Positions 10,868 through 24,331 of a stretch of 64,000 bases of DNA are shown one piece after another (the stretch's first letter is position 1; each line of letters opens with the position of its first letter). The translations under genes were made by a program, and so were the position numbers. The DNA is taken from assembly GCA_023515725.1 (NCBI GenBank), contig JALDTO010000158.1, positions 1 through 64,000 on the forward strand, in the 5' to 3' direction. The notes under the pieces were generated by a model. The model ran no database searches. It was not told the DNA's origin and saw only the letters and a list, made by a program, of their open reading frames with translations. Source of the DNA: Amoeboaphelidium protococcarum X5. Lineage: Eukaryota; Fungi; Aphelidiomycota.

Positions 10868-13800
10868 ATGGTAAACTGGCTGGCTATCACTACATTGATT
10901 GCCACCTTTGCGTGGCATATTAGTGCAGCATCAAATTATGACTTTACCAATTGCACTGGAGTTAATGACACTGTCAGGTCACAGATTCAAAATCAAACTG
11001 TTTTGGACACTTTATTCTATCAAAGTATAGATTCTTCTGCTTTTGTGAATGAATCCTATAGTTTGAAGCAGGCCAACTGCTAGGCCTCAAACTCAACTGG
11101 CGCGTGCTTCCAAGTGGACTATCGGTATAATTTGACCTCCTCCCCTCTGGATGTTGTCAACCAAGTACAAGATGGATATTGTGTGAGCTATACTGAATTG
11201 GGTGTAAATGCAACTAATACTGCTTAAACCACAACAACAACAACTATTACTACTACGTCACCAACTCCAACATTTACTGCAATGCCAAATTTTAATTTCA
11301 CCAAGGTGCTCAATCCGGGAATCAGTCCGGTTGATTAGATTGCCTAACAATTCCGATACTAATCTGTCCCTAGTATCTATACTCCGAATGGCGCACTTCC
11401 ATATGCTTATGATGGCCCTCTGAATTGGTTTGTAAGCATGGCGCGTCCATTTAGGGAGTCACTTATGCGTTCATATGTCGTGTAAATGTTTGATGCCAAC
11501 AACTTTTACGATATTGGTACTATTTTGAGTAACAGCACGGCGGCTATCATCGTTGTGGTGATTACCTTTCTGTTATCTCTGCTGTCTCTGCTCAGTGCTC
11601 CTTTCATGATTCATGGGTTCTACAGGTAGGTGCAGAAGGAGAAGATGCGGAAGAAGAAGGCATTGTAGGAAGAGAAAGAAGTTCAAGATGCTGAGGTGGC
11701 AGCTGCTAAGGGCCTCACTGCCAGAGATCTGGAGAAGGAGCGTGAGAGAAAGCTGCGTGAGAAGAAGAAGCAGAAAGCTCTGATGGGAGATGATGATGAC
11801 AAGAGTGAGAAGATTCGTATCTACTCCTTCGCCCAGCGTCTCAATGCTGTCTTCTTTCTACTGATAGTACTGGGCTTGCAATTGAGTTGTCTGATTATTA
11901 CTTCAGTTGCATCTGCTCAGGCGGACAACTCGTTTGACTCATTTACAAAGACTGCGTTTAAATCGCTTGGAATGCTGAAGAATACCACCACCACTCTTGA
12001 ATAATCGTTTGCCACCATGTATTCTAACCAGACAATGTCCAACTACGCTTACTCTATCACTACGCTGCCGTAAGCTAAATTTACTCAGAACATGTTTCCA
12101 CTGTTGTATCCGAATACATCAACCTTTTTGGCTAATATTACTGGATTATAGTAGAATTTGAGATAATTTATGGGGAACGTATCAGAGTTGTCGTCGAACG
12201 TTGATGAGTTGAAGTTGCTAGTTGAACAGTTGAACAATTATGTCACGAGTGCCTTGACTGATATGTAAAGTCCTTAGATTCCGGATTGTGTGATGAAGTC
12301 ATAATTTCTACCAACACTATATAGTGATACTGTTGCCAGTGTGGATTTCGATGGTTTATCTTCGTTTAGCGCTCAAGTGGCCAAGATCAATGACAGTTTG
12401 CCCTCAATTGATACCTAAAGTGGATTATATCAGAGCTATATTTAGTCCATGTACGATTCGGTAAATATTCCAATGATTAACAGATTGGCTCAGAATTTGT
12501 TCAATTTTGGAGTAACAGTTCAATCCAATAGCCGTGCTGGTATGTAGTTTGCTAACATAGCGTTATCAAATGCCACCAGAGACGCGTAATCGGCACTGAA
12601 TCAGGGAGCGTCCCTTATGGCCTTCAGATCTAATGGCGCATACGTTGCTATAATGTTCAGCTTTTTCGCTACTCTGGCTAGTGCCTTGTTATTGCTCTTT
12701 GGTCGATTTAGATTTGTAAGATTCATGAATGTTTGTCATGCTTTAATTTTAGCAACGTTCTGGGCTCTGTGTGGATTAACTCTGGTATTTGCCTATCTCA
12801 ATGTCAACATGTGCAATGCAGCCAACGAGAGGTTCTCCACATGGCAGTCTGGATTAAATGTTTTGGCGCCTGGTATGGATGTTCCAAAGTATATCAACCA
12901 GGCTTTTTTAAGTCGTTAGAACTGTCTGGCTAACAATTCGCGTGCTTATATCTAGATGACTGTTAACTATGTTGAGGATAGACTGGCTGCTCAGGATCGG
13001 GATTTGGGTGCATCTCTGTAGTCTAGCATTAATATCACAAGAATGGCTGTAGAGTTATCAGGATCGGCTGGAGGAGCTTATAATTTTGGTAGTTTTTAGG
13101 CGGCTGTCCGAGATGGATTGATTTATATTGTAAACAATTTACAAGGAGTGGATGATAAACTTAAAGAGATTGTAGGGACCTTGGTGTCAGCACCGACGAC
13201 TCAATACGTAAATGCGTTGAATTAGCCTATTCTAAGACGATCTGATTTGGTAGATAACTCTCGAAATCAACTTCTTGCTTATGTGAGTAATGTGAACGAG
13301 ACGTACTTTACCGCATCTGGGGTTTAAACACCTTCGCTTTGTTCAGACCAGTATAAAACAGTTGGCGTATCTCAGGTCAACGATGTGGTGGTGATCAAGA
13401 TATAAACTTTGCTCAATCAAATTCAAGCAGCGCAAAGTAAAGCCAAGAACAACCTGAATAATCTTTTAGATTTATATGTTGAGATATAGGCCAAAGCTGA
13501 TGGTATTTCAGCATATCGGAGCATATTTGGCGCTGTAGGATAGCGAATTTTGGATACGCTTGTATAATCAGAGCCATAAAATATATTTCCATCTCTAGTG
13601 TATCCAACTCTAGTCAGAATTGCAGCGGACATTATTGAGCCACTGGATAGGCTTGTTGATTGTTAACCTATTGCTCAAGAGTTGGCTCAAGTTGAAGGAC
13701 AGTGTTAAAGTTCCTTGGTGGGATTTGACGCCGCGTTCTGGGGATTTGGTGCTCTAGCGGTGCTCACTTTCCTATAGATTCGAGCACTGTTGATTTGCGC

Positions 13801-13993
13801 TGATAGACTGGCTGAAGATTCTAGATGGTTAATCATGGCTCTACTGTTGAGACAGACTAACAAGTAGGATTCTGCTACAGAAAAGCTGGTAAAGAAAACT
13901 AACAAAACTAACGCTACTGGCACCTCGTATCTGGTAGAATAGGATTTTGATGTCAGCTTCAATGACCCAACTCTAGCTCACACTCGTGTATGA
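10868..13993 (+). CDS. Prominin-like pentaspan membrane glycoprotein, 1041 aa
   Basis: Single ORF with TAR=Gln. Signal peptide, five hydrophobic segments in a 2+2+1 arrangement with two large N-glycosylation-rich loops, and C-terminal DCQPI..C..GFDAAFWGFG before TM5. Confidence 0.6.
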
Positions 13994-14239
13994 TGAAATG
14001 ATGAATGGTAGTGTATGATTCTGATTTAATAAACATAGATTTCATTGAATGTAAGTAGCAGACGTTAATCCACATTTTATCAAACCTTTACAGTGATGAG
14101 GTCCTCAAGTTGACAGCTCACAACAAATCAAATGATGACGCGACACTGTTACGCTATCCATTTGGTTATAACGTGAACTTATTAATCACTTGACATTAGT
14201 CTTTTTCATTCTTGTTATAGCGTACAAGTAAACATAAAG

Positions 14240-15577
14240 ATGAAGATTAACGCAGAACCAACTCCTGAAAAAAGAATCCTGTTCGTTTATGGATCTACCA
14301 CAAACTTGTGCAGTTACACCCTGCATGAGATAACTCAATCATATGCGATTCATGCTGCTCCTGTCGCATCTGGGAAACCGGTGCACTTTGATATGTACTG
14401 GGAATATGTCGTCGTCGGTGTTGATAGTTCAAAGTAATCTCAGGCTTCAGATAATTTGAAAGAAGTGTTCAGATCAGACAATATCATATTCAACACTTTT
14501 GATCCAAACAATAGTGATCAAGTGAGAGTAGCGTTGGCTGATGCAACACATTGCTTAATTATCCCAGATACTGACGACAATCGCTTCCAGCACTTCAATG
14601 TTCTTTGTGGTGAACTATTTAAATCGAAGTCGATGGAATACGTAATGCTGGTATCTAGTCAAGGCTCGCACCTGGGCAAATCTGAATGGTTGAAAGAGTA
14701 TGAAGCAATGGAGGAGCTGGTAAAATCGCTCGAGTGTAATTTTTGCATTATCAGGATGGGGATCCAAATGGAACTAATGCTAGCACTATCACAAGAAATC
14801 AAGAATGGTACACTTCCTCTTCCACTATCCAGTCATCGATTTGTACCGGTCAGTCTGGTTGACGTGGCAAGATTCATCGCCAGGACATTAATCAATTCAG
14901 AGGATAATCCGAACAAGACATTCGATCTGGTGGGAACTTAATCTGTCAATGGAGTACAATTGGCTAATATAGCATCAGCAGCTGTCATGCATGATGTTCA
15001 GTATAATCCAGTGACATTTGACGCGTTTTATCAACTGCTAAGACTTAAAGGATACACTCAGAAAATGTCGAACGGTATTGTGGAGTGTTTCGACCTGCTA
15101 TGTGCTGACAAACTCGTTCATGAAGAGTCAAACTTTCTGAGATATGAGCTGCGTGAGGAGATAACCACAATATATGAATTCTTCACCCGTCATATTGACC
15201 TCTATCGTGTGGTTGGCAAGGGCAAGTAGCGAAGAGGCGTGACAGTTGAGCAGGAGCAGCAATAACGTCATGGTGAGATTGACAGAGTCGAAAAGCTGCT
15301 ACGTCAATAATATGAAATGATCCCAGCCGAATATCATCACTTGGTATTGTAGATAGTTGAGCTACTGCTAGATGATATTGCTGATATTCATGGGCAGTTG
15401 ACTTAATGTAATCGCAGCGTCTCTAAGCTTCATGGTCATTTGAAACATTTTGTTCGCACCAGGCAGACAAAGTCGTCCTCTGCGCGTGAGAGTGGTCAAG
15501 TTGTGTCATCCAAGACTCAAGATGTGACTTAGCTCTAGTCCATCGCTGTGACTCCTACTTATGCAGAATCTCGCTGA
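14240..15577 (+). CDS. NmrA-like / atypical SDR Rossmann-fold protein with C-terminal coiled coil, 445 aa
   Basis: ORF-track fragments 14240, 14456 and 14960 share one frame; motifs FCIIRMG, VSLVDVARFIA, KTFDLVG; TGA 15575-15577. Confidence 0.65.
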
Positions 15578-16009
15578 AATACTAGATATTTACGCGTTGA
15601 AACTTAAAGGAAATGACTGAAGTTGGCATTTGATTTATGATTGAAAATACATCTTTTTGCACACTTATCATACAATCTGAATTGAAATGTTGCTCATGGC
15701 ATTACAGCTATTAAAACACCACATTATGTCTTCTTTATACTTTCATTCTGATACGTCGAATCAGATGATCATCCATTCAATACTTTTCAATGTAACACTC
15801 CACGCTTTGGGACGTTACATCTAAGCATGAGATGAAACATTGCTCACCTACGTTGATCCAATCATATCAAATCATGAGGTTACAGTAACATTGGATACTG
15901 CTCCGAATGACTTCAACATTCCCACGTACTCTCTTCTTTACCTTTAATATCATAAATAAATTTAAACTCTTATACAAGACAGATCCTCCTAAAGAAAATC
16001 ACCTCTAAA

Positions 16010-16423
16010 ATGAAATCCGTAATCTTAAATGCACTGATGGCCGTGATTGCAACTGTTTCTGCCGCTCCTTCAAAGCCGCAGCCGCAGCCGAGTGACGATG
16101 TAACTGTCATGTTCTACCGCTTTGCTAACAAGAATTGCTCTGGCATTCCATCAGGTCGTTATCAACCAACCATTGGTGTTGTCGGCCATTGCGTGTCTTA
16201 CAGCGACGGCTCGCTGAAGGTCACCCAGAAGGCCAATAGTCCTAACGAATACATTGCTGAGAGTTTCAGTAGAAATGGCTGCTTCTTGGACCCAGTTCCT
16301 AACTCCGGCTATCCCGTTGTGCCAGGCGTATACAACTCCAAGACTCCAGGTCAGTGTGTGAGCAATGGTCACTTCAGTTCCTAGATGATCTTTGTAAACT
16401 CCGCTGCCGATGTTCCAAAATGA
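16010..16423 (+). CDS. Small secreted Cys-containing protein, 137 aa; paralog of 29804-30205
   Basis: Signal peptide MKSVILNALMAVIATVSA, 4 Cys, clear alignment with the paralog. Confidence 0.85.
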
Positions 16424-16558
16424 AGAAGGTGCATTATGAATTGCGCGTTAGTTGAATTATAATGGAAGTAATAGGGACAAGTATATATAAAATATTTGCT
16501 TTTAATTAATTAAACTATCATTCGATAACCCGACATTTTTATTCGCCTGTACAATAGT

Positions 16559-19297
16559 TCACTAAATATCAATTGCACGGATCACCAGCCAGGAATTCTA
16601 ATTTCTCTTGCCAACTATTCTGACGCCAGTAATACTTTTGCCTTATAACTGCCCTTACGCTTGACCATCATGAAAATGGCCTACCGTTACCCAGGGAGAC
16701 TGTTTATCAAATTTCACTTGTAAATCGCCATCCCATAAGAAGTCGCGATGTCGTTCCATGGGAAGCCCGGTCACAACACTGATCTGATCAACGTTAGGTA
16801 GATGTGATTTAAAGATAACTTCAAAGGTATCGCCAGCCTGGACATTTTAATTCGACCAATAGTAAGTTGCGGCGTCTCCGTCAAGAGCAAATTCTTCAAA
16901 ATAATTCCCATGCCTGCCCATAGTTGATCCGACAATACAATTATAGCGCATCTTGGGCCTTACAGCTAAACCATCTCCAATACCGTCAACTCCCATAACT
17001 TTAACTCTCTACAAATGCACAGAGATCAGAAGCAAATGGAACTTAGGAAATGTGGGCTTAAATTGAGGACTCGTCCACATCACAAAAGCAAATGCTGATA
17101 ATCTTGGAAATATCTTTTACAAAACTAGATGTTCCGGCGCCCTCTCAGTCCACATGCAAGCTTCGGAGCCCAAAATGAGATGGTGATACTTCTAATCTAG
17201 TCCTTCCGGAATGGGTTGGAATGAGTAAACTTTTCTAATGTCAGTAACAGTCAGCGGATAATCAAAATAGACATGACTCGTTGGAGATATCAATGATTTA
17301 TGACCGCGCTGCAGTGCATGATGTAACTGATCGTATCCACGCCAACTTTACACAACAACGCTCTGAGGCAACTGATCTCCTTCCAAAATTTCATCCCAGC
17401 CAATTATAGTCTTATTGAACTTCTCAAGTCTATTCACCATCTAAGTGATGAACCAACTCTAAAGCTGTTCAAAATTTTGCAGATTGTTGTCCGTCACTCT
17501 CTTTTTGCATTTATCACATTAACGCCACTAAGACTTCGGACATTCATCTCCTCCGATATGCACATGAGATACGTAATCCCCAAACATTTCCAGAGCTTCT
17601 TCAAATACTTTAGTGAGAAAGTCCAATGTATCATCGTTGCCGGCGCAATAAACATGTTCAAATACTCCCCATGTATGAGGAACTTCAACTTTCGATCCAG
17701 AGCAAGAATATTGAGGATATGCAGCCAAGGCGGCCATACTGTGACCTGGCAATTCAATCTCGGGTACCACACGTATATGAAGATGTCTTGCTACTTGTAC
17801 AATATCAGCAACATCTTGCTTGGTATAATATCCTCCATAAATGCTCCCGTCTTCTTACTTTCTATATGATCCAATCTTATTCAAAAGAGGAAATTGCTAA
17901 GATTCTAATCTCCAGCCTTGATCATCAACTAAATGCCAATGAAATACATTCAACTTATGATAGGACATCAGATGGAGAACCTGGATGATCAGCTCTTTAC
18001 TCATAAAATGACGAGAGCAGTCAAGTAGCATCCCGCGCCACTCGTACTACGGATTATCATGAATTATACCACAAGGTACCTCAAAGTACTTCCATCCTAA
18101 ACTCATCTGCGTGATAATATCGAACACACTCCGGATACGTCCAACTAGAATCTGACTATGAACCATTTGAAAGATATTCAATTGCCTGCAAGATTATAAG
18201 ATTTAATGCAAAGACTACAATGCATGTATAAGTCCCTTTTAGTGTACAGCATTAATCTCGACTCTAGTCAGACTGATATCTAATGAGTATGCCTCTTCAC
18301 TGCTCAAAGAGATGTCCTATTGTCTATTACTAGTCATTTCGACTTGGATAAACTTATTTCTTTCCAAAACATCTACTATATTACACTAATAACAAGTCAA
18401 TACGTTTTCCAAATCAGAAAGAACACTGAGAGGAAAGTGAGCATAGCCGCCAATCAATAAGCTATCCTAAGGCTGTGGAATGATACCGAACGGATTAAGA
18501 GGATCACGTTCAAATTGATGATGATGAACAACAACTCTGCGCCATCCGCTAATTTGATTCATCGCAATACTAAACACCATCAACAGTGGCATAGCTAGGA
18601 ATAGCCACGTCTTCCATCTACTAGTCTTTAATTTATTTGAAAATATCTCGTCAATTCTATCATGCAAATCTTCAATAGAACCATCATTCATCACTACATG
18701 ATCAGCCAGATCCACCTTCTTCTTCATTGGCATTTAAGCTGTGATTCTATTCTGAGCATCTTCCCGTGTCAACTCTGGATTCCTCTTTATCAAACGCTCC
18801 AATTATACATCATCCTCTGCATAGATAAGCACATTACTGTGAGTGAATCTATTCAATCCACTTTCAAACAGAAGCGGAATATCAAGTACGACAATATCAT
18901 TCGCACGAACATAGTAATACAGAACCTATTTCAGGATCTCCCATCTAATTTTTGGATGTGTGATTGAATTCAGCTTGGACTTTAACGCAGTATTAGCAAA
19001 AATCAGCTTACCCAACTTCTCTCTATCCAACTGACCGCCATTATCTTCGCGTACAACCTCAGCACCAAAAGTCTTCACAATCTCTCTATAAGCAGGTTGT
19101 CCCACTCTGACGACATCTCTCGCAATAACATCTGCATCAATAACAGGGATCTTTAACGTCTTTTTGATATACTCTGACGCCTACATTCATTTCCCATTTC
19201 TCACAGAGAATATAAACTTAAAATTAAAGGCAACGAGAGTTGTATATACCGTTGACTTTCCTGAGGCAATACCTCCTGTCAATCCAACAATTAACAT
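16559..19297 (-). CDS. Fusion: dephospho-CoA kinase (CoaE/Cab5/DCAKD) - TM helix - GH20 beta-N-acetylhexosaminidase - F5/8C (CBM32-like); intron 19181-19249; 889 aa
   Basis: MLIVGLTGGIASGKST, IDADVIAR, LDIPLLFE, TM WLFLAMPLLMVFSIA, then in the same frame IIPQP, WRGMLLDCSRHF, FHWHLVDDQGWR, PEIELPGH, HIGGDE, GWDE, CMWTE, ALDGDAATYYWS. No TGA until 16559-16561. Confidence 0.85.
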
Positions 19298-19434
19298 GCT
19301 CTTTCTTAATTATTGATAGAAATACGTGAATAAAAACTTGAGCGTTAAAGCAATCAATATTATATTCAATTAAAGTGCTCACAAGCAAGGGAAATAAGTT
19401 CTGCAAACTTTATCTTTTAGGAATGAGATATGAA

Positions 19435-19534
19435 ACGCGCGTCGAAACAGATTTAGAAGATTTCGGTCTCGCCTATAAATTAATTATTACGCGGTCTATC
19501 ATCGAACCGCGTCTAGAGAGATAATAGTACGCGT
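19435..19534. promoter_or_regulatory. Cluster of CGCG-core (MCB-like) motifs in a divergent promoter
   Basis: ACGCGCGT 19435, ACGCGG 19489, CCGCGT 19507, ACGCGT 19529 in AT-rich DNA. Confidence 0.45.
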
Positions 19535-20008
19535 TTGATAGGAAACAAGCGTCTAAGAAGAACAGCCAGGAGATTAACTGAGTCTGAGCTCTTCTCACAT
19601 CAATTTCAGTCAACCACTCAATTATTAATACGATGAAGTTGACAATAAGACTCACTGCATTACTTCCGTATTCTCTTTCTGATACTCTGACATTTAGGGA
19701 ATTTCCTGCTGCCTAGCATTCAAGTGATGGCTTGAGCTCAATGCTTTTGGTAGACGCGACATTTCTTGCTGAGTATCATTGTAGTTGGTGTCTACCCTCC
19801 TCCTCTTTGTCCATTTCTTGGGTGAGTGATTGGCTGTTTCAAATGTAAAAAGCACGCGGATTGGCCACTTGCTATATTGATCTTTTCTGATTAGACAATA
19901 ACATACTTGGTCGTTTTAAAAGCCTTGAGATGATTTAAGAAATGACTTTCTATTAATAATATTGATAATAAGGGAGATACCGTTGCATTCTAACTGAAAT
20001 CGCAGTAC

Positions 20009-21586
20009 ATGAAGTGTGCCATGAGCAAATATAAAAAATACACCAAAAGATGGATACGCATATTCGTGTTGATCGGAGTTCTTGCTATCTTTGTATTCCA
20101 GTTAAAATTATCGACTGACATTGATTCACTGAAATTATTTGGCAAGCGTGACGGAGTTATTTAAACTGAGATACCCGATCACTTTCCATTCCTTTATATT
20201 CCAGTCAGCTCTAGATGGAGATATTTGCGCGATAATTTGGCTAGACTTATCAATGATATTGGTGTCCCGAGTAATCGTATTGTCATTGCTTTAAACACTG
20301 ATTCTGTAGATGCTTTACAGGCTGTGTAACATCTGTAATTGCGATACAACACCAGCTTATTACATTAAATTCCCACGGCTACCGATTCTATCACTGCAAA
20401 AATGACTAAAAATTTTTTCGCCATGTTTGAGGATGCGTTCACTGTAAGGAAGGCATCTTTTGCAATATTTCTGGAAGATGATCTTAGAGTGTCGCCAGAT
20501 TTTTACGAGTACTTTCGCGCTGCAGCTTTACTGATGCAGTCTGATGAATCCGTTTTCTGTGCAAGTGGCTGGCATGATAACGGCTTTCTTGGTCTTAGTT
20601 ATGACGAACACGTGTTTCTACGTGGTGAGCATTTCATGGGATTAGGATGGATGACGAGTAAAAAGATGTATGATACGTACTTTATTGATGCCATTCGTGA
20701 ACCTCAGTGGGACGTAATATGGGAGTACGTGCCGCGAAATATTATGGCTCTCAACAAGCATCTTGAATGCGTATTTCCAGAGGTTCCAAGAACTCATCAC
20801 ACGATGCCTAATGCTAGTTTAGCTTATAGCACAGGTTCCTCCCTATAGCATTCTAGGTTTGACATGATGCGCTTGGCTTAAAGGTGGCCCAACTAAGAAA
20901 ATGCATTTGATAGTGTTATGCCAAGTCTTAATTTGTCTCTCTTGCATGTTGATAATTATGATCAAAACTTGGCTCGGCTAATCAGGACCTCTTTGGATAT
21001 CCATGATCTAAAGGACATCACTCTGTTTGAAAATGCGTAATTAAGGTTCATGTGTTCTGAATGTGATAGTTCTCACTAGTTTACACTCGATTCTGGATGG
21101 CGAACAGTGCTGGAGGAGCATTTTGGTATGTATAGCTTTGGTGCGGTTGAGGCCATCATCCGGGGTGTGCACAAAGATGTTGTTAGTTTGCGCTATGGGA
21201 GTAATCGGGTATTTATTGTTGGTGCGAAAAGCATGTTCTATGAAGATCGAAAAATCACTGATATATATGGAGGATCCCAAGTGGACATAAGGAGAGACTA
21301 ACTAATCACGGCGGATTTGAATCAATCTTGCACGGAAGCTTGCGAAATAAAGTCGATGCGCTGCAATGAATAGTAACTGGCCAAGATCAATGACTGCTCT
21401 ACCCTCAAAAGAATTGTGTAATGTAAAAGTTGCATACGTGGAAGTGATGGTGATAAGCATGCACCGGCATTATTTTCAGTCGGTGATGATGAATCTTCTG
21501 ATGGCTCTTGTCTTTTGGCTATTCCTCGAATGCTCATGTGTGGCGGCAGAAGTCAATTCCACTAAAGGCTGTGTTATTGTGAATGA
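20009..21586 (+). CDS. GT13 beta-1,2-N-acetylglucosaminyltransferase (MGAT1/POMGNT1-like) with C-terminal Cys-rich domain, 525 aa
   Basis: Type II anchor; FLEDDLRVSPDFYEYF, CASGWHDNG, FMGLGWM, QWD, CVFPEVPRT; C-terminal QSCTEAC...RLCYC resembles the GnT-V/MGAT5 tail. Confidence 0.85.
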
Positions 21587-21858
21587 AGTACCAGCCTGAC
21601 ACAAGTTAAGTCTTTGTGATTTCGAATGCATGCATGTTGAATAAATTAAATAAAATGGTTTGTAGCTTGAGGCATTGGTTGTTGTTTTGAATATAGTTTT
21701 ACTGTAGCAAGCGCACTCAATTACGTCGATGAATAATTCAAACATAATTCAGTAACTTACTAATACGTGTTGAACTATGAAACTTGTATCAAAAAATATA
21801 TCGATGACATAAAATTACAAAGGACGCGGTGACGATATCTACAATGAATGATGCCAAG

Positions 21859-23172
21859 TCAACCATTTTATTATTGTAACAAATTCTATGATGTGATTCT
21901 CTGAGACAATTCTTCGTTTTACTTCCGAAGCTCGGCCATCTTGAGTGCATCCTGACGCCTGGCATTAACCAGTTCAGCAAACTTTTAATCACTAGAGCTT
22001 AATTGTCGCTGGAGACGTGAAATCTCAGCTCGCAGATGCTCAATATCATCGTTCTAAGTTGCTTACTTTCTTTAAAACTCCCTATTATCAGACTCTAAGC
22101 AGTGTACAGCCTTTAACAACTAGTCGCGCTCTTCAGTTATTTTCATAAGACGATACTTACAAGCTTTGAACTCCTCTTATTGAGATTATAATTCCCGAAA
22201 CTGCATATTATCAGCTTAGTACTGTTCCGCTTAAGATTTTAAAACTTTAACCTCTTTCCGATTGATGGTCAATTGACTATCGAGTTGTTGATTCTAATCT
22301 TTGAGACGGACTACTTCCTCAATAGCTTCATCTCGCTATCTCACTAGCTACTTGCATTCATCACTCTAAGCTGAATAATCTGACCGAAGTTTCTTCATCT
22401 TGGCATTGATGTCGTTCACATACTTGATATGCTTCTCTTTAACTAGCTCCAAATCTTTAGTCTCACGCGCAAGTTGCTATTACAATTAAGCAATATCATC
22501 TTTGAACTGTTTCCATTCATGATATAGTTGAGCCTGTGGCTCTTTCACGTTCCACTCTGCTTACTTACCACAAAGTAAAGATTGATAATCTTGCTTAGAA
22601 CGTGTAAGCTAAATTTACAGATCAAGATGGTCCAGATTTCGCATTAATCTATCATCATTATTCTCCTTATCATTACCAGAGTTTGAACTACAAGCACCTT
22701 TGATATCAAAATTCTAAGCGTATGGCAAAAGCTCTTTTTAAGTCAGAATCTAGACAAGTTACTTCCATTACGCGTAATTCTACCGTGCATGTGTGCCAAG
22801 TATGATTTAAATGATACTCTCGACTGCACCAGAAGCCTGATTGTAACTTTATTCCTTCTATGAGATCAAAATAGAAAAAACAATATCTTGCAAAATAAAT
22901 AGAGACTACTTGAAAGTACACAGCTAATATTTAGATTGACATAACCTTTGCAACACTAACAAAACGCGACATTATATTCGCATCACTGAGGACTAGAGAT
23001 TGGAGGTAGAAGTTGCATGGAGAGCACTTTGACAGTTTAAAAGCAAGTCATCAACATCATCGGGAGTGGAAATACACTATATTATCTCATCAAGTAATTA
23101 ATCAGAGGTAGTCAAGTCATCTTGTACCACAACAGTAAGGTACTATTCTAAAAGTTTAGCCGGATTGGACAT
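21859..23172 (-). CDS. Hypothetical helical/coiled-coil protein, about 437 aa
   Basis: Open with TAR=Gln from ATG 23172 to TGA 21859-21861; heptad-rich C-terminal half. Confidence 0.6.
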
Positions 23173-23342
23173 TCTCGTCTTTCTTTATGGTTTTAAGTGA
23201 ATTGTACGCGATTGGAATGAAACGGGAATTCGTCGACTAAAGTTGAACTTTAACACTTACACTCCCCCAACGCGTTAACAGAAGCGAGATTAAATATGGT
23301 CGACAAGAAGGTGCATTTGTAATAATAAAATAAAATTTAGTT

Positions 23343-24230
23343 TCAGTATAATTTAAGTTCACCAGTCACTTTATCAATTTCTTCAGATGGTGCTACAATG
23401 GCATGACAGTGAAAAAGCTCTAACGTTAAACAAAATCCAATACAAAAGCACTCTTACCTGGTCCAATGCAGAGAACTGTTCGCGTACCTGGATCCAGCTG
23501 AGTATGACCAGCATCACAGATACTCTCAGCAACCAAGCTAAGACTTTTAGCAATTGCCTCCAACTCAAGCCTACCATCACAATCATTTTACAACTTAAAA
23601 TTACCATAATTAAATCATAAACTTACATGTGCTCTTCAGACGTGCATTTCAGAGTAATCTTGGGTTGACCCTGTCGTTTCCAAGCTTGGACTGACTACAC
23701 GAGATATTTCGGCGTCGAAACAACATGAGTAATTAAATTTAATCTGTTTCACCATCCAAAATGCTCAAATCAACTTACAGAAGGAGATCGTTTCATGGAC
23801 TTTTCATACGCGGCTAAGCATGCGTGACAACACTACAATCTACTGATCACCGTACAGAGTAATCAGCATCAGAAAGTTTCGCCAACGGTCGCGATATCAT
23901 TCCTACCTGAGCAGCAGCCTTTCCTTTAGTCATCTAAATGTCAGTCCTTACAACAAGGACCATCTTGTGATCTTTCAACTGATCCCACATGGATGATCGC
24001 CGTTCATTGCCAGTATTTGGATCATCTTACCCAGTGCTCAGATCTTCCGCGGATGAAGACAATGAGGACGTTCGGCCAGTAATTTGACGTACTTTTGACC
24101 CTCTTTTCATAGCGCTAGCTGATCGAGACTTTAACTGCGTGGACAATACATTTATATGCCAATACCGATACAGGACCATGGTGAACAGTGATACAACAAT
24201 GATCGACGCGACTGGACCAAAATTTTCCAT
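23343..24230 (-). CDS. PTH2: Peptidyl-tRNA hydrolase 2 with N-terminal membrane anchor, several short introns
   Basis: KMVLVVRTDIQMTKGKAAAQ|CCHA, GQPKITLK, ICDAGHTQLDPGTRTVLCIGP, IDKVTGELKLY-TGA. Confidence 0.9.
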
Positions 24231-24331
24231 TATGCAATCTAATCGTTATAAAGCATTTGAAAAGAAGAAATCAGCAATGTCAAAAAATGGAAACTACCAT
24301 GAAAATCTGAAGATATCTTGTCACACTAGTA

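Noticed and set aside
19633-19890. Short ORF or snoRNA-like segment with a GGTAGAC...GTCTACC stem in the DPCK/GT13 spacer
   Set aside because: No protein motifs and no convincing C/D or H/ACA box arrangement; cannot be supported without expression data.
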